Of a DNA stretch of 64,000 nucleotides, positions 29,924 through 38,405 are shown in pieces. The notes under the pieces are model-generated. The model was not told the origin of the DNA. It saw nothing but the letters and a program-made list of their open reading frames with translations, and made no database searches. Location of the stretch: NCBI GenBank assembly GCA_963805975.1, contig CAWDVR010000006.1, positions 128,001-192,000 on the forward strand, in the 5' to 3' direction. Each line of letters starts with the position of its first letter. Position 1 is the stretch's first letter. This stretch comes from an uncultured Acidobacteriota bacterium. Its GTDB lineage: Bacteria > Acidobacteriota > Thermoanaerobaculia > Multivoradales > SZUA-115. A program made the translations under genes and the position numbers.

Positions 29924-30637
29924 ATGCGACATCCCCCTGCCCAGGCCTTCTACTCCCTCGGCGAGCGCGAGGTGAGGGTCTTTTCGATCGGCCTCACGGC
30001 GCTCCTGGTGCTGACCTTCGGCGCCGGGCTGCTGGTGGGAACTTTCTGGACCGGGCCGGCGGTGGAGCAGGCACGGCGGGAGGCGGAAGAGAGGACCCGC
30101 CTCGCCGGCTTTGCCGAGGCAAACGAGCCGGACGAGCGCTCGCCGCCGGACACGGAACCGGTGCGCGCGAGCGACAGCGTCTCTGAGCCTGCTCCCTTCG
30201 CGGAGCCGCCGGCCTTGGTGGTGGAGCCCACGCGCCCCGCAGATCCCGAGCCCGCGGCGCGGGAGGACATCTTCCGCGCCTGGCCGGCGGAGGGAGCGCC
30301 GTCCGCGCGGCGCGTGGAGCCTCGCCGTAGCGCGCCCGAGCCCCCGCCTGCCGGCGAGCCTGCGCTCACCGCGCCCGCCGCCCCGGAGGGCGCCTATGCG
30401 CTCCAGCTCGGCATCTTCTCGGTGGAGAGCAATGCCTCGGCGATGGTGGCCCGGCTCGCCGCGCGGGGCTACGAGCCCTACCAGGTGGCGGAGCGGCGGG
30501 CGTTCCGGGGGTCTGCCAAGACCCTGTACTCGGTGAGGATCGGCGGCTACCCGACCTACGGCCAAGCCCAGCAGCAGGCGGCCGAGCTGCGGGCTCGCGA
30601 GGGCATGGAAGTCATGATCCGTCGACCGGAGGGGTGA
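29924..30637 (+). CDS. SPOR-domain membrane-anchored protein
   Basis: N-terminal TM, Pro-rich linker, then 'YALQLGIFS..NA', 'YSVRIGGYPT..A'. Confidence 0.85.
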   Translation: MRHPPAQAFYSLGEREVRVFSIGLTALLVLTFGAGLLVGTFWTGPAVEQARREAEERTRLAGFAEANEPDERSPPDTEPVRASDSVSEPAPFAEPPALVVEPTRPADPEPAAREDIFRAWPAEGAPSARRVEPRRSAPEPPPAGEPALTAPAAPEGAYALQLGIFSVESNASAMVARLAARGYEPYQVAERRAFRGSAKTLYSVRIGGYPTYGQAQQQAAELRAREGMEVMIRRPEG

Positions 30638-30741
30638 GGACCCGCGCCCACGTCGTGGGTGCGATGGGGCGTCCGGCGAGCGTCCCTGCGCCCTCAGTCC
30701 AGCCGACCCTCTGCTCCAGTCGCTCAAGAACTGATGCACTG

Positions 30742-30801
30742 CCAGGATCTTGACCTTTCTCCGAATCGGCCTATACTGAAGCGAGTCGAATTCCAGGATC
30801 T
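30742..30801 (+). promoter_or_regulatory. Sigma70-type promoter of the DUF4157 gene, flanked by a CCAGGATCT direct repeat
   Basis: TTGACC at 30750-30755, a 16-nt spacer, then TATACT at 30772-30777. CCAGGATCT at 30742-30750 and 30793-30801. Confidence 0.55.
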
Positions 30802-30823
30802 GTGAGCTATCGGCCTACGCATA

Positions 30824-31978
30824 ATGACGCCGAACCGCCTTTCCCAATCCCAACCTCACCGCGGCCCGGCCTCGGTGCTCCAGGGCACGTTCGTCGCGCG
30901 CCGGCCACACCTCCGCCTGCCAGCTATCGCCCAGCCGCAGACGTCGGGCAACTCCTTGCAGCTCCCCCAGAGCTTCCTCGGCCGACGCGGCGCAGGCAAG
31001 CCTTTGCCGGAGCCGGTGCAGCGCAAGATGGAAGCGGCGCTGGGGGCGGACTTCTCGGACGTTCGCATCCACGTCGGAGCCGAGGCGCCCAACATCGGCG
31101 CCCTGGCCTTCGCCCACGGCTCGGACCTCTACTTCGCCCCCGGTCTCTACGATCCCCACACCACCCACGGCCAGCGCCTCCTCGGTCACGAGCTGGCGCA
31201 CGTCGTCCAGCAGAGGAACGGCCGCGTGCGCAACCCCTTCGGCTCCGGGGTCGCCGTGGTGCAGGACCCGGCCCTCGAGGCCGAGGCCGATCGCCTGGGG
31301 ATGATGGCCGCTGCGCATTCGGTGCCGCGCGCGGTGGAGAAGGCGGGCCAGGCAAGTTGCCCGGGTGGCTGCGGCGCCTCGCAGCCGAAGATGGCTTCGA
31401 GCTTCAGCGTGCCGTTCGCCCCGCACGTGGCGGCGGCGCTCGGCGGGCGGGCGGCGGCCGGTGCTTCCGGCGGCATTCAGACCAAGGTGCAGGCCAAGGG
31501 GCAGGTCCAGGCACGGAGCGCGGCGGCCGCGGGCGGCTACAAGCTGGTGGTGGGGAGCTACCTCCACGGCACCGGCCGCGGCGAGCGGCTGCCCGAGGAC
31601 CTCGCCGGCCACACCTTCGTGGCCGTGCAGGAGCCCACCGGCCGGCAGCAGGCCTTCGGCTTCTCGCCGGAGAACTACGGTGACATGGACCCGCAGCGGG
31701 ACTTCGGCCGTCTGAAGAGCGGCGTGCGCGGCGCGGTGCACGACGACAGCCGCGCCTTCGCCAAGCCGGGCCTGCGCACCCGCGCCTACTCGATCAGCAA
31801 GGAACAGGCGCAGGCCGCCATGGCCAAGGTCGCCGAGTACAAGAGCCGGCACTACGACTTCAATCTCAAGAACCGCGCCTGCTCGAGCTTCGCCTTCGAC
31901 GTCGCCCGCGCCGCCGACGTCGACCCCTTCCCCGGCGCCAGCATCAAGGCCCCGCGCGAGATCCACCGGCAGTTGTAG
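30824..31978 (+). CDS. DUF4157 (eCIS core domain) protein with internal 'APHVAAA' motif and C-terminal permuted papain-like domain
   Basis: DUF4157 motifs 'GKPLP..MEAALGADFSDVRIH', 'AFAHGSDLYF', 'LLGHELAHVVQQ' and 'EAEAD'. C-terminal 'GHTF..AFGFSP' ... 'FNLKNRACSSF'. Confidence 0.85.
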   Translation: MTPNRLSQSQPHRGPASVLQGTFVARRPHLRLPAIAQPQTSGNSLQLPQSFLGRRGAGKPLPEPVQRKMEAALGADFSDVRIHVGAEAPNIGALAFAHGSDLYFAPGLYDPHTTHGQRLLGHELAHVVQQRNGRVRNPFGSGVAVVQDPALEAEADRLGMMAAAHSVPRAVEKAGQASCPGGCGASQPKMASSFSVPFAPHVAAALGGRAAAGASGGIQTKVQAKGQVQARSAAAAGGYKLVVGSYLHGTGRGERLPEDLAGHTFVAVQEPTGRQQAFGFSPENYGDMDPQRDFGRLKSGVRGAVHDDSRAFAKPGLRTRAYSISKEQAQAAMAKVAEYKSRHYDFNLKNRACSSFAFDVARAADVDPFPGASIKAPREIHRQL

Positions 31979-32137
31979 CTCGGCCTTCGCAGCTTTCGAG
32001 CTGCCGCTGGATTTCGTCGAGAAAACCCCTGTGAAATCGTGCGCCGCCATCCACGGCGGTGCTGAAGTGCGCTACTATCTACCCTAGTTTCCAAGCCCGA
32101 GACCGAGGTCCAAACGACGGCTCGACGGAGCCTCCCG

Positions 32138-33862
32138 ATGCGGCATAGCTCTCTCTCATCGCTCGTGCCCGCCGCGCTCGCGGTTCTTCTCTTACTCGCC
32201 TCGTGCGACTCCGGCAACCCGGTGGCGCCCCAGGCGCCCGAGGATCCGGGCAACGGCGGCGGCTCGGGCTTCACCGTCACCGTCACCGCCAGCCCGGCGG
32301 AGCTCCTCGCCGGCGGCAGCGAGCCCTCGACGCTCACCGTCACCGCCCGCCGCCAGGACAATCAGCAGTCACCGCCGGACGGCACCGCGGCCACGGTCTC
32401 CGTAGACCAGGGTAGCCTCGGGGTCAACAACCCGGCAAGCCCGGTGCGCCTCGCCACCGTTCAGCTCGTCAACGGCCAGGGGCAGATCAGCTTCTTCCCC
32501 GGCGCCCAGGTGGCGACCGCCAATGTGCTGGCACAGGTGGGACAGAGCCTCGGCCGCGCCACGGTGTCGATGGTCGACGCTCTGCCGAGCAGCTTCTTCA
32601 TCACCGGCATCGAGCCCGGCGCGGGCAACGCGTTGGGCGGCGAGCGCGTGCGGGTGCTGGGCGCGGGCTTCAAGGCGCCGGTGCGGGTGACTTTCGGAGG
32701 CGTGACCGGGCGCGTGGTGGGGCTCGAGTCGACCTCGGTGATCGTGGTCGACACCCCTCCCGCCTCCCCGACGCCAGCGCCGGGCACTTCCGTGGCGGTG
32801 GACGTGGTGGTCACCAACTCGCTCACCGATCCGGCGCCGGTCAGCGACACCCTTCCCGGCGGCTTCTTCTACATCGAGGACCCAGATCCGGTGCCCGACC
32901 CGGTGTTCCTCACTGCGGTGCAGCCGGGCTCGGGCGCCGCCACGGGTGGCGAGTCGGCGGTAGTGATCGGCGGTGGCTTCCGCGCGCCGCTGACCGTCGA
33001 GTTCGGTGGTAAGGCGGCGCAGGTGGTGTCGCTCACTTCCACTCGCATTTCCATCCTCACGCCTTCGTCCCCGCAACCCGTGGCCGCCGGCGCCACCCTG
33101 CTGGTGGACGTGAAGGTGGTCTCCGGGCTCGACCAGGCCGTGCCGCAGCAGGCGACCCTGCCCGGCGGCTTCACTTTCCTGGGTGCCGACGCGCCGGTGC
33201 CGGTAGTGGTCTCCTCGCTCTCGCCGAGCGAAGGGCCCTATACCGGCGGCACGGTGGTCACGGTCACCGGCTCGGGCTTCGTGAGCCCCGTCTCCGTGAC
33301 CCTCGGTGGCGTCCGCCAGCAGGCGGAGACGGTGGTGAGCAGCACCGAGATCCGCTTCACCACCACCGCGCTGGCGGTCGCCCAGTGCCCGGCGGGCGGG
33401 GTGGTGCAGGTCTCGGGGCTGACGGTCACCAACCTCGGGACCGGCGCCTCCGGCACCGGCCTCCTGACGTTCAACTACCGCGTGCCGCTGCCGCGCATCC
33501 GCCGCATCTCGCCGACCACCGGACCGCAGGTAGGCAACACCGTGGTGTCCATCGAGGGCGAGGGCTTCGAGAGCCCGGTGCGGGTGAGCTTCAACGAGGG
33601 CACCCAGCAGTTCGCGGGCGTGGTGCAGGGCACGCCGACCGCGACCCTGGTGCGCGCCTCCTCGCCGCGGGTGCCGGACACGCTGTTCCCGGAGGTCGAC
33701 TGCGTGACCGGCGACAACCTGCCGGGCAAGCGCTTCGTGCCGATCGCGGTCGACGTCCAGGTCACCAACCAGGTCACGGGCTGCACGGACACGTTCCCCA
33801 ACGCTTTCACCTACAACCCAACGTTCCCGCAATGCCGCCAGTCGGGACCGTCGCCCCCCTAG
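32138..33862 (+). CDS. Surface lipoprotein with Ig-like and four IPT/TIG repeats
   Basis: Lipobox LLASC. Repeated 'P..G...GG..V.V.G.GF..P..V.FGG' units. Confidence 0.85.
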   Translation: MRHSSLSSLVPAALAVLLLLASCDSGNPVAPQAPEDPGNGGGSGFTVTVTASPAELLAGGSEPSTLTVTARRQDNQQSPPDGTAATVSVDQGSLGVNNPASPVRLATVQLVNGQGQISFFPGAQVATANVLAQVGQSLGRATVSMVDALPSSFFITGIEPGAGNALGGERVRVLGAGFKAPVRVTFGGVTGRVVGLESTSVIVVDTPPASPTPAPGTSVAVDVVVTNSLTDPAPVSDTLPGGFFYIEDPDPVPDPVFLTAVQPGSGAATGGESAVVIGGGFRAPLTVEFGGKAAQVVSLTSTRISILTPSSPQPVAAGATLLVDVKVVSGLDQAVPQQATLPGGFTFLGADAPVPVVVSSLSPSEGPYTGGTVVTVTGSGFVSPVSVTLGGVRQQAETVVSSTEIRFTTTALAVAQCPAGGVVQVSGLTVTNLGTGASGTGLLTFNYRVPLPRIRRISPTTGPQVGNTVVSIEGEGFESPVRVSFNEGTQQFAGVVQGTPTATLVRASSPRVPDTLFPEVDCVTGDNLPGKRFVPIAVDVQVTNQVTGCTDTFPNAFTYNPTFPQCRQSGPSPP

Positions 33863-33878
33863 CGCAGGAAGAGGCACT

Positions 33879-34117
33879 ATGAGCCGGCGAACCGCTGCCT
33901 TGCCTTGGGGCCTCGCCCTGGCCGCGGTGCTCGCCGGCCCGCCAGCCGCGCGGGCGGCGACGTCACGGTGACGACGGAGCTGACCCTCGAGGGCGCCGCC
34001 GCCGGCGCGACCACCATCGACGTCGACAGTACCGACCGCGCCTTCTACGTGCTGCCCACCATCCTGGGAACACTGGCTCCTGCGTCGGCGTCTTCGAGTT
34101 ACCATTACCAACCATGA
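33879..34117 (+). pseudogene. Truncated/frameshifted remnant of a secreted beta-rich protein
   Basis: RBS, ATG and a signal-peptide-like MSRRTAALPWGLALAAVLAGPPAARAA. Another frame continues with 'GDVTVTTELTLEGAAAGATTIDVDSTDRAFYV', ending at the next ATG. Confidence 0.45.
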
Positions 34118-34758
34118 GCCGGCCGTTCGCCCCTCACGTCGCGGCAGCGATCGGCGCTCCGGGCCGTGCCCAGGCCACTCCGGGCGGCGCCGTCCAGGGG
34201 AGGACAGCCGGCGCCGCCGGTGCCTATGCGCAGCACGTCGAGGCCGGCATCCGGTTCAAGGTGCGAGGCGGAGACGGCCCACTCGCCGGGCGCACCGAGG
34301 CCGCCACCGAGTTCGTCACCTACAACGACAAGAAGCTCGGCAGCTCGCCGCCGCCGCCGCCCAAGCGGCCGGTGTACACGCTCTCCTGCGACGAGAAGGG
34401 CCGGGGCTGCTCGCTGCGCAGCCTGGAGACCGGCCGCGAGGGCCCGGCCGGCGATCTCTATGCCGGCTTCGTGCGCATGCGCCAGGGCGGCAACGTCTAC
34501 GTGTCGCCGCGGCCCGGGGTCGGCCTCCAGGGCGACAGCCATCCCTCGATCGCCTCGCGCACCATGGAGTGGACCATGGGGCGGCGGGTGCTGGTGGCGG
34601 CCGGCGAGGTGGGCATCCGGGCCGGCGAGATCGTGGGCCACAACGACAAGACCGGCCACTTCCAGACGCGCCACAACCGCCAGCAGAGCGGGTTGCCCAC
34701 CGACCGCTTCCATCCCTTCACCCAGGACCCCAAGGACTGGTACAAGCCCAAGAGCTAG
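34114..34758 (+). CDS. Putative T6SS cargo: 'APHVAAA' leader + H..AAGE..GH toxin-like domain
   Basis: 'MSRPFAPHVAAAIG..AQHVEAGI', with C-terminal 'SHPSIA...VAAGEVGIRAGEIVGHNDKTGHF'. Lies immediately upstream of vgrG. Confidence 0.65.
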   Translation: MSRPFAPHVAAAIGAPGRAQATPGGAVQGRTAGAAGAYAQHVEAGIRFKVRGGDGPLAGRTEAATEFVTYNDKKLGSSPPPPPKRPVYTLSCDEKGRGCSLRSLETGREGPAGDLYAGFVRMRQGGNVYVSPRPGVGLQGDSHPSIASRTMEWTMGRRVLVAAGEVGIRAGEIVGHNDKTGHFQTRHNRQQSGLPTDRFHPFTQDPKDWYKPKS

Positions 34759-34779
34759 TCGGCGACCCCGCGGCCCCGC

Positions 34780-36843
34780 ATGAGCTACGTCGAAGGAAAC
34801 CGCTTCTTTTCGGTCTCGACCCCCTTCGGCAAGGACAAGCTGCTGCTCACCGGCTTCACCGGCGAGGAGCGGATCTCCGGCCTCTTCCATTTCCGGCTCG
34901 AGCTCGCCTCCGAGGACTACGCCCTCGACTTCAAGACCATCGTCGGCAAGGGCGCCACGGTCGCCTTCGTGCTTGCCGACGACAGCAAGCGCTACGTGCA
35001 CGGCATCGTCGGCCGCTTCGCGCAGACCGGCACCCGCGACGGCCTGGCCACCTACCAGGCCGAGCTCCACCCCTGGGCGTGGCTCCTCGGCCTCTCGGCC
35101 GACTGCCGCATCTTCCAGAACAAGAGCGTGCCGGACATCGTGCAGCAGGTCTTCACCGATGCCGGCTTCACCGACTACAAGAGCAGCCTTTCCGCCACCT
35201 ACACGGCGCGCGAGTACTGCGTGCAGTACAACGAGACCGCCCTCGACTTCGTCTCGCGGCTGATGGAGGAGGAGGGGATCTGCTACTTCTTCGAGCACGA
35301 GGACGGCAAGCACACCCTGGTGCTGGCCGACAGCGGCACCGCCTTCCAGGCCTGCCCCGGCGCCACCGAGGTGCTCTACGGCAGCGACGAGAACTGGAAG
35401 CAACAGAACGTGGTCACCTCCTGCGCGCTCGAGGAGAACGTCATCGCCGGCAGCTTCGCCGTCGACGACTTCAACTTCGAGACCCCGTCCACCGACCTGA
35501 TGGCGAAGACCGACTCGAGCGTGGCCCAGAACGGCAGCAAGCGGCGGATCTACGAGTACCCCGGCGGGTTCGCCAAGAAGGCGGAGGGCGACGCCCGCGC
35601 CAAGCTGCGCATCGAGGAGCAGGAGGCGCCGCTGCGCATGCTGCGCGGCGAGAGCTACTGCCGGGCGTTCCTGCCCGGCACCAAGACCACGTTGAAGGAG
35701 CACTTCCGCATCGACGTCAACGCCGCCTACGTGCTGTCGAGCGTCGAGCACCGGGCGGACGCCCAGGGCTACGGCAACTCCTTCGCAGCCTTCCCGGCCG
35801 ACGCCGTGTACCGGCCGCCGCGGCGGACCCGGAAGCCTTTGATCCCCGGCACGCAGACGGCGATCGTGGTGGGCAAGTCGGGCGAGGAGATCTGGACCGA
35901 CAAGTACGGCCGCATCAAGGTGCAGTTCCACTGGGACCAGCTCGGCAAGAACGACGAGACCACGTCCTGCTGGGTGCGCGTGTCCCAGGCCTGGGCGGGC
36001 AAGGCCTGGGGGCGGATCTTCCTGCCGCGCCTCGGCCAGGAGGTGGTGGTCTCCTTCCTCGAGGGCGACCCGGACCGCCCGCTGGTCACCGGCGCGGTCT
36101 ACAACGCGGAGCAGACCGTGCCCTACACCCTGCCCGACGAGCAGACCAAGAGCACGGTCAAGACCAATTCGTCGAAGGGCGGCGGCGGTTTCAACGAGCT
36201 GCGCTTCGAGGACAAGAAGGACTCCGAGGAGATCTTCGTCCAGGCAGAGAAGGACATGAACCGCGTGGTGAAGAACAACGACACGCTGAAGGTGGGATTC
36301 GAGAAGAAGGACAAAGGCAACCAGACGATCGACATCTACAACGACCGCACGGTGACCATCGACCAGGGCAACGAGAGCCTGGAGGTGAAGAAGGGCAACC
36401 GCACGGTGAAGGTCTCGACCGGCAACGAGACGCACGAGGTGAAAGGCACCCGCGACCTGACCGTGACCGGGGCCGAGACCCACACCGACAAGGACGCCTT
36501 CACCCACAGCGTGGACAAGGACTACAAGCTCACAGTGAAGGGCAACCTCACCATCGAGGTCACCGGCACCGTGACCTTCAAGTCCGGCAAGGCGATGACC
36601 ATCGAGTCCGGCGCCACCTTGGGCCTGAAAGCCTCGACCTCGCTCACGGCCGAGGCTGGCACCAGCCTCACCAACAAAGCCGGCACCGCGCTCAGCAACG
36701 AGGCCGGCACCAGTCTCACCAACAAGGGAGCCACCAGCCTCACCAACGAGAGCGTCACCGTCACCAACAAGGCCAGCGCCATGCAGACCGTGGACGGCGG
36801 CGGCATGCTGACGGTGAAGGGCGGGATCGTGAAGATCAACTGA
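34780..36843 (+). CDS. vgrG: T6SS spike protein VgrG/TssI
   Basis: 'CRIFQNKSV', 'REYCVQYNET', 'TDKYGRIKVQFHWD', 'SCWVRVSQ' and 'FLEGDPDRP'. C-terminal 8-residue gp5-like repeats and no toxin extension. Confidence 0.97.
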   Translation: MSYVEGNRFFSVSTPFGKDKLLLTGFTGEERISGLFHFRLELASEDYALDFKTIVGKGATVAFVLADDSKRYVHGIVGRFAQTGTRDGLATYQAELHPWAWLLGLSADCRIFQNKSVPDIVQQVFTDAGFTDYKSSLSATYTAREYCVQYNETALDFVSRLMEEEGICYFFEHEDGKHTLVLADSGTAFQACPGATEVLYGSDENWKQQNVVTSCALEENVIAGSFAVDDFNFETPSTDLMAKTDSSVAQNGSKRRIYEYPGGFAKKAEGDARAKLRIEEQEAPLRMLRGESYCRAFLPGTKTTLKEHFRIDVNAAYVLSSVEHRADAQGYGNSFAAFPADAVYRPPRRTRKPLIPGTQTAIVVGKSGEEIWTDKYGRIKVQFHWDQLGKNDETTSCWVRVSQAWAGKAWGRIFLPRLGQEVVVSFLEGDPDRPLVTGAVYNAEQTVPYTLPDEQTKSTVKTNSSKGGGGFNELRFEDKKDSEEIFVQAEKDMNRVVKNNDTLKVGFEKKDKGNQTIDIYNDRTVTIDQGNESLEVKKGNRTVKVSTGNETHEVKGTRDLTVTGAETHTDKDAFTHSVDKDYKLTVKGNLTIEVTGTVTFKSGKAMTIESGATLGLKASTSLTAEAGTSLTNKAGTALSNEAGTSLTNKGATSLTNESVTVTNKASAMQTVDGGGMLTVKGGIVKIN

Positions 36844-36855
36844 GCGGCTCGCCGC

Positions 36856-37929
36856 TCACAGCCTCTCTGCAACAACCAGGTGGACCCGGTACTCCATCGT
36901 GCTCCGCTCGTGCAGGCGGACGCGCCAGGGCAGGTCGGTCTCCTCGGCGACGAGGCGCAGGCCGGCGAGGCTCGCCGGGTGGGCGCCGGGGATGAGCAGG
37001 GCGCGCAGCACGGGCTCGGCGGCGCCCTCGGCCGGCCCGCGCTGGGAGTGGCCGCCGAGCCAGCCCTCGAAGGCGGTGGCGGAGGGCGACCAGTCGTAGG
37101 GCGTGGTGAGGATCGCCTTGCCGCCGGGGACGAGCAGGCGCTCGATAGCGGCGAGCACGGCGAGCGGCGAGGCCACGCAGTCCAGGAGGTTGAGGCCGGC
37201 GACCAGCGCGAAGGTGCCGTCCGCCAGAGGCGGCGCCGTGGCGTCGAAGGCCCAGAAGTCCACCTGCCCTGCGGCCGGCAGCTCCACTGCGTAGGAGCGG
37301 CGGTCGTAGACCACCCCGACCCGCCGCCGCGGGTACTGCACTTCGCCGCGTTGGAGCGCGCGCGCCGCCACGCGGAGCATGCCGACGTTGAGGTCGGCGC
37401 CCAGGGTCAGGCGGCCGGTGGCGCGCGCCAGCTCGAAGGTGGTGCCACCCACGGCGCAGCCGAGGTCGAGAACGGGCCCGGCAGGCAGCTCGCCGGCCAG
37501 CTCGAGGCCGCGGGCAAGGAGCGCCGCCGCCGCACCGGGCGGCGAAACACTCGCACCCGCGGCCGGGTCGAGACCGCCATAGTGGTCCCAGGCGTAGGCG
37601 GAGAGGTAGTGGCGGGCACTGTCGAAGGCGGAGCCCGGGCCACAGCAGTCGCCGATCAGGCTCTCCAGGGCTGCCGGCAGATCCTCGCGCCCGCAGATCG
37701 CGCCTACGTTGGCCGCCACGTAGGCCCGCAGGTCCGCCATCAACAGAGGCACCCCGTCGATCACCGGCACCTCCCGGCGGCAGTCCGGCGCCGGGCAGGC
37801 GAGGATGCCGTGCAGGATGGCCTCGTCTTGGCCGAGCAGCACGCTCGCGACCACGAGCCGCCGGTCCGCGCCGCGCGCGCGGCAGACGGGGCAGAGCGGA
37901 GCGAGGGTTTCGAGGTGAGATGGCTGCAA
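36856..37929 (-). CDS. SAM-dependent methyltransferase with N-terminal Trm112-like Zn ribbon
   Basis: 'CPVC...CPAPDCRREVPVIDGVP', motif I 'VLDLGCAVGG', 'NLLDC' and 'TTPYDW'. The TTG start is inferred 14 nt after the PAAR stop. Confidence 0.75.
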   Translation of the reverse strand: MQPSHLETLAPLCPVCRARGADRRLVVASVLLGQDEAILHGILACPAPDCRREVPVIDGVPLLMADLRAYVAANVGAICGREDLPAALESLIGDCCGPGSAFDSARHYLSAYAWDHYGGLDPAAGASVSPPGAAAALLARGLELAGELPAGPVLDLGCAVGGTTFELARATGRLTLGADLNVGMLRVAARALQRGEVQYPRRRVGVVYDRRSYAVELPAAGQVDFWAFDATAPPLADGTFALVAGLNLLDCVASPLAVLAAIERLLVPGGKAILTTPYDWSPSATAFEGWLGGHSQRGPAEGAAEPVLRALLIPGAHPASLAGLRLVAEETDLPWRVRLHERSTMEYRVHLVVAERL

Positions 37930-37943
37930 GCGCCGCCCTGCGA

Positions 37944-38330
37944 TCAGCCGCCGATGAGCACGGTGGGGCAGCCGGGCGGCAGCACCTTGCCCGTCGGACC
38001 GGGGATGGGAGCCACGCAGCTCGCGTGCAAGGTCATGTCGTTCATCCGGGCGGCCGGCATGTTCTCGATCAGCACGGTGAAGCCGCCGATCTGCACCATG
38101 CCCGGCCCTCCCGGCACGCAGCCCGGCAGCATGCAGGGAGCGGTGGTGTCCGTCACGCGCGCGGCCGGCAGGTTGCCGATCATCACCGTGGGCGCGCCCT
38201 TGATGATCGCCAGCGGCAGCGCGGGGTGGGGAACGGGTGTGGGCACCGGCGCCGCCGGGTGGATGGGCGCGTGGCAGTGCGGCGCATCCTGGAGCACCAG
38301 GTCGGACATGCGGGCGGCGGGGTTTCCCAT
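37944..38330 (-). CDS. PAAR-domain spike tip protein
   Basis: Three PAAR motifs (NPAARM, LPAARV, MPAARM) with Cys/His ligands and terminal 'GCPTVLIGG'. Confidence 0.93.
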   Translation of the reverse strand: MGNPAARMSDLVLQDAPHCHAPIHPAAPVPTPVPHPALPLAIIKGAPTVMIGNLPAARVTDTTAPCMLPGCVPGGPGMVQIGGFTVLIENMPAARMNDMTLHASCVAPIPGPTGKVLPPGCPTVLIGG

Positions 38331-38405
38331 CGTCGTGGCTCAGGTCGTTCGATCGCTGGGGCTGAGTTGCTATTCTAGGCCGAGCCCTGGAAAAGTGAGG
38401 CCCCG

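Noticed and set aside
33879-33890. ATGAGCCGGC start as a sixth copy of the cargo leader
   Set aside because: The similarity is limited to Met-Ser-Arg. It continues as an ordinary signal peptide without the APHV motif.
36640-36780. 24-bp tandem repeats near the end of vgrG as a CRISPR array or VNTR
   Set aside because: They encode the 8-residue gp5-like beta-helix repeats (AGTSLTNK). There are no spacers and no cas genes.
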